The notes: a model not told the origin generated them from the sequence alone. A stretch of 32,000 bases of DNA from Alkanindiges illinoisensis DSM 15370 (GCF_000619845.1 NZ_JHUX01000004.1:60001-92000), one strand, 5' to 3'; shown: positions 1 through 9,787, counted from the stretch's first letter. Numbers and translations are program-made.

Positions 1-861
1 CTGTGCGCCTTCATAACGTGCCTGTGCCTGCACCGGATCAGCCTGACTGCTAATACCTGCGCGTGCCCGCAGCCGGGTAATCTCCAGAATACGGGCAACC
101 CCGCTCACCTGCTGTTCGGCAATTTTTTTGAGTTCCTGATAGCGCCGCACATTTACCACGGCTTCTGCGGTTTGCAGTGCAATATTATCAATTTGCTTGA
201 GCACCACGGCTTTTTGCTGGTCTACACTGGCCTGTGCAGCATCCACATTACTGCGCACCTTGCCAAAGTCATACAACGTTTGCGTGGCATTCAGGCTTAA
301 AAGCTGGCGGCCTGCCTCCGATGTTCCAATCCGGCCTGTGGTAACACCAGCCTGTACCTGTGGCCAGTAACCGCCCTTGGCGACATCAACTTGACTATAT
401 TCACTGGATAGTTGCGCCAGTGTCTGGGCAATGGCCGGATGCCGGTTGACTGCAATCTGAATGGCCCGGATTAAATCCAGATAGCTACTGTCTGCATTAC
501 TGCTACTTACAATGGCTGCATCAGGATTAGCCTGTATTTCAATAGTGGGCAATGTACCGGGGGTGGCTGCACTGCCGTTGTCAAACATAGGGGCACCATA
601 CGACTCCGGCTGTGATAGTGTCAGCTCGGACACACTAATGCGGTTGTCAGGCGGCGTATTTTGAAAAGCCGCCTGCAAATTACTCACCTTCTGAGTTAGC
701 CGCTGCTTGACCGACAGTTTTTTAGTGGGTACTTCCTGCGCAAAGCCTTGGGCAGGTGCCAGCATCAACTGTGCCAGTACAATCGCTGCACCAAGACGGC
801 TTAAAGCAGCGCCTGGCCTACCAGAATTGAGTAATGCTGTATGGCGTAAATCATTTTGCAT
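1..861 (-). CDS. TolC-family outer membrane efflux/type I secretion protein, N-terminal 287 codons; the gene continues past the window start
   Basis: My own translation of the minus strand from the ATG at 861 reads open to position 1 in frame (861 nt = 287 codons). Product: MQNDLRHTALLNSGRPGAALSRLGAAIVLAQLMLAPAQGFAQE...DLIRAIQIAVNRHPAIAQTLAQLSSEYSQVDVAKGGYWPQVQAGVTTGR...TLYDFGKVRSNVDAAQ. This gives a signal-like N-terminus followed by the typical OEP/TolC repeat start. It is absent from the ORF track because it has no stop in the window. Alternative in-frame ATGs lie at 900 and 906. Confidence 0.75.
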   Translation of the reverse strand, partial: MQNDLRHTALLNSGRPGAALSRLGAAIVLAQLMLAPAQGFAQEVPTKKLSVKQRLTQKVSNLQAAFQNTPPDNRISVSELTLSQPESYGAPMFDNGSAATPGTLPTIEIQANPDAAIVSSSNADSSYLDLIRAIQIAVNRHPAIAQTLAQLSSEYSQVDVAKGGYWPQVQAGVTTGRIGTSEAGRQLLSLNATQTLYDFGKVRSNVDAAQASVDQQKAVVLKQIDNIALQTAEAVVNVRRYQELKKIAEQQVSGVARILEITRLRARAGISSQADPVQAQARYEGAQ

Positions 862-1308
862 TGAATGGTTAACACTTATTGGTATGTCATCAAAAATCAT
901 TGTCATTCATCTGGCCGCTTATTATACAGCCTGTCCATGAACCCAAGCATAATCCCTGTTTTTGCATTTGTCCTGTGTCACACCAGTTGATGGGATTTAA
1001 CCCTCACCTGGCCTTGCGCATACTAAAGCCAAGTTCAAGTTCCAATCAATACCCAAACGTACCTGAATAACACATGGGTGTATTAATTGGGCCAGTCGCT
1101 GCAGGCAATAGCACATCATTAGGAGATTATACTGTAGCGGATGATGACCCTCGTGCAAAATTAGCTTGGCATCCTATAGATTAATCCGTAAAACTTTTGC
1201 TTTTTATCTTGGCAAAGGTTGTTATTTTGCTCAATTTTCACTAAAATTCGCGCTCCATTTTGTTTGGACTGTTTTAAGGTTCAAACCAACGATAATAGGT
1301 AGTGGTCA

Positions 1309-1737
1309 ATGAAAACTCTCAGCGCCAAGCCTGCTGAAGTGCAACACGACTGGTATGTTGTTGACGCATCAGGCAAAACTCTCGGTCGTCTCGCGACTGA
1401 AATCGCTCGTCGCCTACGTGGCAAGCACAAGACATCTTTTACCCCTCACGTTGATACTGGCGACTATATTGTTGTCATCAACGCTGAGCGTGTACAAGTG
1501 ACTGGTACTAAGTCCCAGAACAAAATGTACTATCGTCATAGCGAATTCCCAGGTGGTTTGAAAGAAACCAACTTTGAAAAGCTGATCAACCACAAGCCAG
1601 AAGAAGTGCTGCAACGTGCCGTTAAAGGCATGCTGCCAAAAGGTCCTCTGGGCTATGCCATGATCAAGAAAATGAAAGTATACGCTGGCAGTGAGCATCC
1701 ACATACTGCTCAACAGCCACAGGTTTTGGACATCTAA
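1309..1737 (+). CDS. rplM: 50S ribosomal protein L13
   Basis: 142-aa product [41 protein letters not shown]... is near-identical in pattern to gammaproteobacterial L13. It is followed 12 nt later by rpsI, the conserved operon arrangement. Confidence 0.98.
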   Translation: MKTLSAKPAEVQHDWYVVDASGKTLGRLATEIARRLRGKHKTSFTPHVDTGDYIVVINAERVQVTGTKSQNKMYYRHSEFPGGLKETNFEKLINHKPEEVLQRAVKGMLPKGPLGYAMIKKMKVYAGSEHPHTAQQPQVLDI

Positions 1738-1749
1738 GGAAGAAACGAC

Positions 1750-2136
1750 ATGGCAACTAATTATGGTACTGGTCGCCGTAAGACCGCAACCGCTCGTGTG
1801 TTCCTGTCCTCAGGTTCAGGTAAAATCACTATCAACAACCGTGATCTAGACACCTATTTTGGTCGCGAAACTGCCCGTATGGTGGTTCGTCAGCCATTAG
1901 AGCTGATCGACGCTGTTGGCAAATACGATATTTTCGTCACTGTTAAAGGTGGTGGTATCGGTGGTCAGGCTGGTGCAATTCGTCACGGTATTACCCGTGC
2001 GCTGATTGCAACTGACGAAACCCTGAAATCTGCACTGCGTCAGGCTGGTTTTGTTACCCGTGATGCGCGTGAAGTTGAGCGTAAAAAGCTCGGTCTGCGC
2101 AAAGCGCGCAAGCGTCCACAATTCTCCAAACGTTAA
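1750..2136 (+). CDS. rpsI: 30S ribosomal protein S9
   Basis: 128-aa product ending ...[12 protein letters not shown], the canonical S9 C-terminus. SD-like AAGGAAG lies upstream of the ATG. Confidence 0.98.
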   Translation: MATNYGTGRRKTATARVFLSSGSGKITINNRDLDTYFGRETARMVVRQPLELIDAVGKYDIFVTVKGGGIGGQAGAIRHGITRALIATDETLKSALRQAGFVTRDAREVERKKLGLRKARKRPQFSKR

Positions 2137-2164
2137 TACGTTTGCCCTTTTGGGCGAGTTGTGC

Positions 2165-2191
2165 AAAAACCCCGGGAAACCGGGGTTTTTT
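2165..2191 (+). terminator. Rho-independent terminator of rplM-rpsI
   Basis: aaaaaCCCCGG-gaaa-CCGGGGttttttatt: perfect GC-rich 6-bp stem, 4-nt loop and T-run, 29 nt after the rpsI stop. Confidence 0.9.
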
Positions 2192-2389
2192 ATTGCCTGC
2201 TTTTTAATCCCGTTTTTCCAGCTTCATTAAATATCTTTAATGTTTAGCTTAGTGATCGCCAGGGCTTTGTTGTACATTAACCACCAAATTTACGCTACAA
2301 ATCTGTCTTGTGATTCACTAAGGTTCAAGCTACAACCAAACCTTTGATTGCCCCACTTTACGCTGTTAATAATTTCAAGACGACTTGCC

Positions 2390-3208
2390 ATGAACACATC
2401 CTCAAGCCTTGTTGCTGATTTTCAACCGCTGCCTGCTCCGCTGGTACAGCCGGTCTGGTGGCTGAGCAAACGCTGGTTTAAGCCACGTTTTTATGGGCTG
2501 GAGCATCTTGATCCCAAACGGCCAGCATTATATGTGGGCAATCACACCATTTATGGTTTTGATTCCCCGGCCTTTGTGCTAGGGATTTACCAGCATAAAA
2601 AAATCTGGCTGCGTGGTCTGGCTGATCATTTTCATTTTTATTTTCCGCTGTGGCGGGATGCACTGCAACAGTTTGGCGCCTTTGATGGCACACGGCAGGC
2701 AGTGGACAGGCTGATGCAGGCCCAGCAGCATATCCTAATTTATCCGGGTGGTTCGCGTGAAGTGCTCAAGCACAAGGGTGAGGCCTATCAGCTATTCTGG
2801 AAGCAGCGTCTGGGCTTTATTGAACTGGCCATCCAGCATGGCTATGACATTATTCCATTTGCTGCACTGGGTGGCGAGGAAACGCTGGACATTGTCTATG
2901 ATGGCAATGACTTTAAACAATCATGGCTGGGCAAACTGGCACAAAAAAGTGGTTTTTCTGCAAGATTCTTGCGTCATGGCGAGTTTTTCTTTCCCATTGT
3001 TACCGGTTACAAACACATTCCCTTTTTACCCAAGCCCAAGGCACTGGCTTACCAGTTTATGCCACGCCTGACCACCCGGCATAAAGACATCAATGCCTCT
3101 GATGAAGAAAAAATGGCGCTGCGTGATTACATCCAACAGCAAATTGAAATTGGCCTGCAAATGCTGCGTCAACAGGATGATCCCAAGCCGACTGATGCCC
3201 AAGATTAA
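2390..3208 (+). CDS. Lysophospholipid/glycerolipid acyltransferase family protein
   Basis: The track ORF 2348-3208 starts at TTG; the first ATG at 2390 (MNTSSSLVADF...) is the more likely start. It contains an acyltransferase motif-I-like NHTIYGFD (an NH...D box with five rather than the canonical four intervening residues) and a downstream YPGGSRE (motif III-like). Confidence 0.7.
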   Translation: MNTSSSLVADFQPLPAPLVQPVWWLSKRWFKPRFYGLEHLDPKRPALYVGNHTIYGFDSPAFVLGIYQHKKIWLRGLADHFHFYFPLWRDALQQFGAFDGTRQAVDRLMQAQQHILIYPGGSREVLKHKGEAYQLFWKQRLGFIELAIQHGYDIIPFAALGGEETLDIVYDGNDFKQSWLGKLAQKSGFSARFLRHGEFFFPIVTGYKHIPFLPKPKALAYQFMPRLTTRHKDINASDEEKMALRDYIQQQIEIGLQMLRQQDDPKPTDAQD

Positions 3209-3235
3209 CGGTGAAACCACCCCATCAATGAAGTT

Positions 3236-4393
3236 TTAGGCAATCTGGCAAAGGCGTTGTGCTGCCTGTTGCAAGGTGGCTTCAGTTTTGGCAAAACACA
3301 AGCGAATCAGGCGCTGGTCTTGAATGGGCTGTGCGTAAAACACCGAAATGGGGATGGTGGCAATGCCGTGCTCATGCACCAGCCACTGGCTCATGGCCAC
3401 ATCATTCAAATCATTGCGAACGGCTGAATAATCCAGCAACTGAAAATAGGTGCCCCGGCTGGGTAGCAATTTAAAGGCTGAAGGCCGGAGTAACTGGCAG
3501 AACAGGTCGCGCTTGGCCTGATAAAAACTGGCTAATTGATTAATATGCTCGGGATGCTGCTGCATAAACCTTGCCAATGCATGCTGGATTGGTGTAACCC
3601 CACAAAAATTCACATACTGGTGTACCTTTAAAAACGCCTGCATCAGTTCCGGTTGTGCCACCACATAGCCGGTTTTCCAGCCTGTGACATGAAAGGTTTT
3701 GCCAAACGAACCAATCATAAACGAGCGCGCAGCCAACTGCGGCAAGCCAAGCACACTGGCATGCGATTGTCCATCAAATACCAGATACTCATAGACCTCA
3801 TCACTGAGCACCACAATATTGTACGGTTCGATGATGTCATACAGGGTTTTCAAATCCTGCAAGGTGATGACAGCCCCGCTGGGATTATGCGGAAAATTAA
3901 TGATCACCAACCGTGTTTTGGCCGAAATCGTGTCTTTAAAACGGTTCCAATCAATGCAAAAATCAGTTTGCAATGGTACATGAATGCACACGCCACCTGC
4001 CAGTCGGGTGGCCGGATCATAACTGTCATAGCAGGGATCAAACACAATCACCTCATCACCTGCCTGCACCACCGCCTGAATCACACAAAAAATCGCAGCT
4101 GTTGCACCGGGGGTAATGGCAACTTCACTGGCAACATCCGCTAGCCAGCCATAGCGCTGTTGAATGGTAAGTGCCACTTGTTCGCGCAAGGAAGGCAATC
4201 CCTGCATCGGTGCATATTGCTGAAAGCCTTGACTGGCATAAGCTTTAAGCGCATCCAGCAGTTGCGACGGACTGTCAAAATCTGGAAAACCCTGCGACAG
4301 GTTCAATGCCCCGGTTTGCTGGGCCAGTTGCGTCATTTGGGTAAAAATCGAGGTGCCAATGGTCGGTAACTTATTGGGCAACTGAACGGGCAT
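3236..4393 (-). CDS. ybdL: Class I/II pyridoxal-phosphate aminotransferase, methionine aminotransferase YbdL-like
   Basis: The 385-aa product aligns along its full length with my recollection of E. coli YbdL (LPxxGTSIFTQM..., NLSQGFPDFD, SDEVYE, SFGKTFHVTGWKxGY with the PLP lysine, IRLCFAK). Confidence 0.85.
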   Translation of the reverse strand: MPVQLPNKLPTIGTSIFTQMTQLAQQTGALNLSQGFPDFDSPSQLLDALKAYASQGFQQYAPMQGLPSLREQVALTIQQRYGWLADVASEVAITPGATAAIFCVIQAVVQAGDEVIVFDPCYDSYDPATRLAGGVCIHVPLQTDFCIDWNRFKDTISAKTRLVIINFPHNPSGAVITLQDLKTLYDIIEPYNIVVLSDEVYEYLVFDGQSHASVLGLPQLAARSFMIGSFGKTFHVTGWKTGYVVAQPELMQAFLKVHQYVNFCGVTPIQHALARFMQQHPEHINQLASFYQAKRDLFCQLLRPSAFKLLPSRGTYFQLLDYSAVRNDLNDVAMSQWLVHEHGIATIPISVFYAQPIQDQRLIRLCFAKTEATLQQAAQRLCQIA

Positions 4394-4446
4394 GACAAAC
4401 TCCTGTACTACTCAAGCGAATGATTTTAAAAGCAGCTAAGCAATGT

Positions 4447-5088
4447 TTAATCCATCATACGCCATAGATACCAGGCTGCCACACTTTGATAAGGCGCCAG
4501 TTGTTCACCAATGGTGCGCAACTCCTTTTTGCTGGGGGCCTGTTCCAGTTTTTTAAGCCGCCGATAGCCCTGTTGCACTGCATAATCATCCACTGGCCAC
4601 ACATCCAGCCGCCCCAGATTAAAAATCAGTAGCATTTCAACCGTCCAGCGTCCAACCCCTTTTAGCTGGGTTAACTGCGCAATCAACTGTTCACTTTGCA
4701 TTTGCTGGGCAGTACTAAAATCAGGAATTTCACCCTGCAACTGGGCCTGTGTAATGCCCAGAATACTGTCCAGCTTACGCGCTGAAAATCCGCAGGCATG
4801 AATCAGCTGTGGATCAGTCTGCACCAGTTGCATGGCGGTGGGAAACTTTCCCTCATAAAGCACTAGCAGCCGATTTAAAATGGCTTGTGCTGCCTTGCCA
4901 TGTAGTTGCTGGTGTGCAATGGCCCGAATCAGGGCTTCATATGGCTGTTGCACCGGTTTTAGGTCAAGCTGGCATTCTCCCACTCTGGCAATGTGTTGTT
5001 GCCAGTCATCATCAAGGCTGGCCAGAAAGCTGCTGGCCTGTTTAAACACCTGTTTTTGATTTACGCTAATTCCAGAAGATTCTATCAT
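4447..5088 (-). CDS. alkA: DNA-3-methyladenine glycosylase II family protein (HhH-GPD, short AlkA-like)
   Basis: 213 aa with the helix-hairpin-helix LKGVGRWTVEMLLIFNLGRLDVWPVDDYAV, including the catalytic Asp context. It lies immediately downstream of alkB on the same strand. Confidence 0.8.
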   Translation of the reverse strand: MIESSGISVNQKQVFKQASSFLASLDDDWQQHIARVGECQLDLKPVQQPYEALIRAIAHQQLHGKAAQAILNRLLVLYEGKFPTAMQLVQTDPQLIHACGFSARKLDSILGITQAQLQGEIPDFSTAQQMQSEQLIAQLTQLKGVGRWTVEMLLIFNLGRLDVWPVDDYAVQQGYRRLKKLEQAPSKKELRTIGEQLAPYQSVAAWYLWRMMD

Positions 5089-5109
5089 CGTGTTGTAGCC
5101 TGCCTTTAT

Positions 5110-5784
5110 TTAACCTGCACGCCGAAAAGTAAAGTTAATACGTCGTTCACCGAGTAGCGGATGACAGCCAGCCTTTAACGCTAAAATACCATGATAGCGC
5201 AAGCGGTCTACCCCGCCCCATACCACCACATCGCCATGCTGTAGCAAAATTTTTTGCGGTTTATCCTGCCGTTGCAACCCACCAAACAAAAACGTGGCAG
5301 CAATCCCTAGTGATACCGATACCACGGGCTGGCTTAGGTCTTTTTCATTTTTATCCTGATGCAGCGACATTTTTGCACCAATGGCATATTCATTGATCAG
5401 GCAGGCGTCCGGCTGAAAATCATTAAACCCGGCAAGGCTGGCAGCCTGTATTGCTAATGTTTTAAAGATAACCGGCATCGCTGGCCATGGTTTGCCGGTC
5501 AATGGATCAAGCGGTTGATAGCGATAGCCCTGCCGGTCCGTCACCCAGCCCAGTGTGCCACAATTGGTCATGGCAGCAGACATCCGGTAACCTCCCGGCG
5601 TAACCATCTGCCGAAATGGCGCGTGTGCCGTAATCTGGTCAATTGCCGTTATTAACTCATGCTGCATGGCGCTGGCAAACTGGCGCAGTACCACCGACTG
5701 CTCACCAATTTTTTCGATGCTGGTTTTTTCAGGCTCAGCTTTTTCTGTTTCATCAGGCAATCCTTCAAACAAATCCAGATTCAT
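5110..5784 (-). CDS. alkB: Alpha-ketoglutarate/Fe(II)-dependent DNA/RNA demethylase AlkB
   Basis: 224 aa. HQDKNEKDLSQPVVSVSLG...LLQHGDVVVWGG..RLRYHGI...RINFTFRRAG matches the AlkB HxD...H and RxNxTFR signature. Confidence 0.93.
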   Translation of the reverse strand: MNLDLFEGLPDETEKAEPEKTSIEKIGEQSVVLRQFASAMQHELITAIDQITAHAPFRQMVTPGGYRMSAAMTNCGTLGWVTDRQGYRYQPLDPLTGKPWPAMPVIFKTLAIQAASLAGFNDFQPDACLINEYAIGAKMSLHQDKNEKDLSQPVVSVSLGIAATFLFGGLQRQDKPQKILLQHGDVVVWGGVDRLRYHGILALKAGCHPLLGERRINFTFRRAG

Positions 5785-5982
5785 TGGTTGCTCCTACCAG
5801 TTTGACTCACCATCGCCAAGTTAGGACACTCTAGCGTGTGATTAAACATAACGCATTTAATGTCACAAAAATTAAAATGCTTAAGCCTGCAAAAATAAAA
5901 CGATGTTATTACCGGGCAATCCATTTAATCGCGCTATAATCTCAAGTATCCTGAAATTTTATTGACATAGCCTTTTGGCAAT

Positions 5983-6633
5983 ATGAATAACGAGTTAGCT
6001 CCCCAGCAAGGTATTGTTCTCTATAGCCATCCCGATGATCATTATAGCCATCGCATCCGGCTGGCGCTGGCCGAAAAAAATGTGAAGTACCAACTGGTGC
6101 TGGTGGATGAATTTTCCGAAGATGTGGCCGACCTCAATCCCTATAATCAGTTGCCAACGCTGGTGGAACGTCAGGTGCGCCTGTATGAAAGCCATGTCAT
6201 TTTAGAATATCTGGACGAGCGTTACCGGCAGGCCAAGCTGCTCCCCGACACGCCAAACCTGCGTGCTGAACAGCGCCAGTATGCATGGCGTATCGAACAG
6301 GACTGGATGAAACTGGCTGATATCCTGCTCCGCCATCCCGATACACTGGACGAAAAAGCCGCCCGCGAGGCGCGTCATAGCTTAAGCCAGTCACTGGTGA
6401 GCCTGTCGCCCCTGTTTTCTCACTTTCCATTTTTTATGAGTGAGCAATTTGGCTATAACGACTGTATATTAGCGCCACTGTTATGGCGTCTGCCACAAAT
6501 GCAGATTCATTTACCAAGCGCCCATTGCAAGCCGCTGCTGGCCTATTGTAAAAGACTTTTTGAACGACCTGCTTTTATTGCCTCGCTGACTGAATCAGAA
6601 CGCCATAAACAGCAAAATCCACTGTACAGGTAA
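5983..6633 (+). CDS. sspA: Stringent starvation protein A (GST-like)
   Basis: 216 aa with a GST-fold N-terminus (LYSHPDDHYSHRIRLALAEKNV...). It is followed 4 nt later by sspB. Confidence 0.93.
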   Translation: MNNELAPQQGIVLYSHPDDHYSHRIRLALAEKNVKYQLVLVDEFSEDVADLNPYNQLPTLVERQVRLYESHVILEYLDERYRQAKLLPDTPNLRAEQRQYAWRIEQDWMKLADILLRHPDTLDEKAAREARHSLSQSLVSLSPLFSHFPFFMSEQFGYNDCILAPLLWRLPQMQIHLPSAHCKPLLAYCKRLFERPAFIASLTESERHKQQNPLYR

Positions 6634-6637
6634 TGCC

Positions 6638-7087
6638 ATGTCTACTGAAATGATCCCAACTCGTCCGTATTTGCTCCGGGCAATTTATGAATGGACCAAT
6701 GACAACAAACTGACACCTTACCTGCTGGTCAATGCTGAACTGCCCAACGTGCATGTACCGCGCCAGCATGTACAGGATGGCCAGATTGTATTAAACATTG
6801 CACCGCATGCCGTACACCAGATGGTGATGGACAATGATGCAGTCAGCTTTAGCGCCCGTTTTGGCGGCGTTTCACAGCAATTGTATATTCCGATGGCTGC
6901 CGTACTGGGACTGTATGCACGCGAAAATGGACAAGGCCTATTTTTTGACCCGCAGGAATATGAAGGCTATCAAGCCAGTGCCGCAGATCAGTCCGTAGAT
7001 GGTGGTCAAAATGAAACAGATCAGGCTGCTGACCAGAATGCTGCTACAGCTCCAGTCAAAAAACCCAGCTTGCGTATTTTGGATTAA
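6638..7087 (+). CDS. sspB: ClpXP specificity-enhancing adaptor SspB
   Basis: RPYLLRAIYEWTNDNKLTPYLLVNA...VLNIAPHAV...FSARFGGVSQQLYIPMAAVLGLYAREN is the conserved SspB core. It has an acidic/low-complexity linker and a C-terminal ClpX-binding-like tail SLRILD. Confidence 0.93.
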   Translation: MSTEMIPTRPYLLRAIYEWTNDNKLTPYLLVNAELPNVHVPRQHVQDGQIVLNIAPHAVHQMVMDNDAVSFSARFGGVSQQLYIPMAAVLGLYARENGQGLFFDPQEYEGYQASAADQSVDGGQNETDQAADQNAATAPVKKPSLRILD

Positions 7088-7130
7088 CAGGCGGTATTAA
7101 CAGGTTTTTAGCTTAACCGAGGAACACCGA

Positions 7131-7868
7131 ATGGCGTTTTCATTACTTGATCACTTGCAAAATAGTCGCCAGACTGAGATTCAGGCTCTTGTGCCAGCTA
7201 TTGATGATAACGGCCAGCGTGAATTGCTAGCCATTGTGCTGGGTCAGCTTATTGTGCTTGACCGTAGCAACAGTCAGGCCTTGTATCAGGCCATTGCAGC
7301 ACAAAAGCATGACATATTCTGGCAGGGCCTTGATGATCAGGCCATCAGCCAGCTTGCAGCAACTTCTGCCCTGCCTGTTAGCGAATTTAAAACCGTACTT
7401 GACCAGTTATATGGCTATGCCAGTAATGAAATTCATGCACTGGACAGCACTGCCAATCTGGAACAAGCCGGGGTGTCTGAACTGATTCAGGGACAGACGG
7501 AGTATCTGGCTGGTGCTGCGCCAGATCAGGTGTGGCACGTGTTAAACTTGACGGAACTACAGGGCCAGACTGCTGCTACAGAAACAGCCGTTGATCTTAA
7601 CGCCAGTATTGCAAGCTTGAATAAACTCATGATGGATGCCAGCCAAATGAACACGCAAACGCCTGACCATGCACACCACAACGATCCTGCTGTAGCGCAT
7701 GATCCGGATTTACATCACGACCAGCACGATCACGCTTATGGCCATGCAGCCATTGAGCTGCCTCCACAACGCCCAGCACCACGTTTCTTTTTAGTCCTGG
7801 AACCATTAATTGCATTGCTGATTCTGATTGCCCTGTGGGAAATTTATAACAACCTGACAGGCTACTAA
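7131..7868 (+). CDS. Hypothetical protein with a His/Asp-rich segment and a C-terminal transmembrane anchor
   Basis: GAGGA SD 7 nt upstream of the ATG and its own terminator at 7877-7915. The C-terminal third contains DHAHHNDPAVAHDPDLHHDQHDHAYGHAA, then the hydrophobic FFLVLEPLIALLILIALW. I recognise no family. Confidence 0.6.
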   Translation: MAFSLLDHLQNSRQTEIQALVPAIDDNGQRELLAIVLGQLIVLDRSNSQALYQAIAAQKHDIFWQGLDDQAISQLAATSALPVSEFKTVLDQLYGYASNEIHALDSTANLEQAGVSELIQGQTEYLAGAAPDQVWHVLNLTELQGQTAATETAVDLNASIASLNKLMMDASQMNTQTPDHAHHNDPAVAHDPDLHHDQHDHAYGHAAIELPPQRPAPRFFLVLEPLIALLILIALWEIYNNLTGY

Positions 7869-7876
7869 TCCGGCTT

Positions 7877-7915
7877 CATGCCTGTTACCCATTTGTATTA
7901 ACAGGCATGGTTTTT
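7877..7915 (+). terminator. Rho-independent terminator after the His-rich protein gene
   Basis: CATGCCTGTTA (7877-7887) pairs perfectly with TAACAGGCATG (7899-7909), followed by gTTTTT. Confidence 0.8.
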
Positions 7916-7990
7916 ATAAGTTTTGCTTTTATAAGAGTTAGCCACGCCGAGCTTTAGAAAAAGATAATATAAACTGGTTCATCAAGGCAT

Positions 7991-8030
7991 AAAAAAACTG
8001 GCAGTAAGTCGGAAATAGCCTTACTGCCAG
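7991..8030 (-). terminator. Rho-independent terminator of the hydrolase gene (minus strand)
   Basis: CTGGCAGTAAG (7998-8008) pairs with CTTACTGCCAG (8020-8030). On the minus strand the hairpin is followed by a run of 7 U (complement of the A-run 7991-7997). Confidence 0.8.
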
Positions 8031-8094
8031 TAAAACTGGTTATTTCAAATCTTATTAATTAAATTTTAAAACTGACATGTAAAATTACAGCCAC

Positions 8095-9438
8095 TCAACT
8101 TAAAAGACCGACCACCGCATCACTTTTCAGCAAATCCTGCAAACGTGCAGCATTTTCAAAATTGCCATGCTTGAACAAGGCACGTACCCGCTGCCCCTGT
8201 GCCTCAAAAATCAGGCATTCCAGTCCAAGCTCTTGTCCGTCAATATCAGTCAGGCACAAGCGCATATCACGCGGCTGTGACAACAGTTGCTGCGCCATTT
8301 CTACACTGCCTGCATCAATCAGCACACCGAAAAAGTTAATGTCTACCACATTAACTTGGGTTTCCAGCTCAGGTTGTACCCGGTGGCGCATCAGATAGCT
8401 GGACTGTTTAAGCTGTAGCCGTGCTTCTCCGCGGCGCTCCATGTTTTGCATTTGCTCACGGTTTAGCACCCGCACGCCTTCCACTTCGGCAATGTCTTTG
8501 CCTTGCAGGAACGTTGCAAACAGGTTCATGGTTTCCTTGCGGCGCTGCAATTGAGGTACATGATCGGCATTTTCAATCATGGCAAACTGCATGTCCTTGC
8601 ATTGCAGGGCAAAGTTGGCATTTTCAAATGGCAGGGTAAAGCTGTCAAATTCACCACAAGCCACCATGGTTTTGCATTGTGGACTGGGCACGTGTTGCAG
8701 ACGTAATAAGCGATTACAATTAATTTCGTAGCGCAGGCGTTCTGTGGTCGCAAAATCCGCCATTTGCCTAAAAAACAAGCGCTTGGCTGTGGGTGACATC
8801 CGGGTCTGGTCAAGGCGGGCATGGTTAATCAGGTACAAAATGACAGCCTGACCAAATTCTTCCATGCGGTCTTCACGCATCAGGTGCAGGGATTCTTCCA
8901 GCAACATGCGCCAGCTGGGACGGGTTTTTTGCATCACGCCCATCAGCACCAGCCGCTCAATTTTTTCAGGACGCTGGTCAGCAAAATGGGAAGCCACCAC
9001 TGAACCCAGTGACATGCCCATAATGGAAACCTTGTTTAAGCCCACTTCATCCATCCAGCGGCCCAGCATGCCTGATAGCTCTGGCAATTCCAGAATACCT
9101 GCAGACGCACCTGTTTCCACATTGGTAATTTGCTGGTTACCGCCCATTGAGGGCAAGTCCACCAGAATGATAGGGCCACATTCCAGCAGTTGTTCTACAC
9201 AGTATTTATAGGAATTAAAGTTTTGAAAGGCACCACCAATAATTACCACTGGCGGCAAATGCATGGTTTCTTCGAGGCCAAAGGCCACATATTCGATTTT
9301 CCAGCCATCAATCCAGTGTGCCCGGCTGGGTTCCTTAAAGCTGTTACGCGTATAGGTGTCAAAAAAACAATGAGGTTGAATTCGCTGGATCAAGCTATCA
9401 TGCATATCCTGTTGCCCTAACGCCCACACGGCATTCAT
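8095..9438 (-). CDS. Alpha/beta-fold hydrolase with a C-terminal PilZ-like domain
   Basis: The track ORF runs to 9465; the ATG at 9438 has an AAGGAG SD 7 nt upstream (MNAVWALGQQ...). It has a nucleophile elbow GMSLGS and a late His in ENADHVPQ. The C-terminal 115 aa carry RRGEAR, then 25 residues, then DINFFG, resembling the PilZ RRxxxR...(D/N)xSxxG signature. Confidence 0.75.
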   Translation of the reverse strand: MNAVWALGQQDMHDSLIQRIQPHCFFDTYTRNSFKEPSRAHWIDGWKIEYVAFGLEETMHLPPVVIIGGAFQNFNSYKYCVEQLLECGPIILVDLPSMGGNQQITNVETGASAGILELPELSGMLGRWMDEVGLNKVSIMGMSLGSVVASHFADQRPEKIERLVLMGVMQKTRPSWRMLLEESLHLMREDRMEEFGQAVILYLINHARLDQTRMSPTAKRLFFRQMADFATTERLRYEINCNRLLRLQHVPSPQCKTMVACGEFDSFTLPFENANFALQCKDMQFAMIENADHVPQLQRRKETMNLFATFLQGKDIAEVEGVRVLNREQMQNMERRGEARLQLKQSSYLMRHRVQPELETQVNVVDINFFGVLIDAGSVEMAQQLLSQPRDMRLCLTDIDGQELGLECLIFEAQGQRVRALFKHGNFENAARLQDLLKSDAVVGLLS

Positions 9439-9787
9439 AACACACTCCTTGTAACCCCACGACATCCCTTGGTATAGCGTGGCTAATTTCAGTAATAAGC
9501 AGCATGAATTCCATTCACATAGCTACCTACATTTCTTTTATGACATCACTGTCAGCATTTCCAGTTATTCCTTTACTGGTCATTTCATTACAGACTTTCT
9601 GTGATTGCTAGATATACCATAAGTTGCTGGCTTGTGAACAGCATATTAACTACTAAAATAATATAATTCTGATGAACAAAAGATCTTGAACAGTGACACA
9701 ATCCGCACAATTGCTTCAAATATACCGCTAAAAGTAGTTTGCTGCTAAACTAGCCCATTCAATCTTTATACCTTATTGGAAATATCA

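Noticed and set aside
707-1070. Track ORFs 707-940 and 879-1070 (+).
   Set aside because: The first is antisense to the TolC-like N-terminus. The second lies in the promoter/intergenic region. Neither has an SD or a recognisable product, and both have odd composition.
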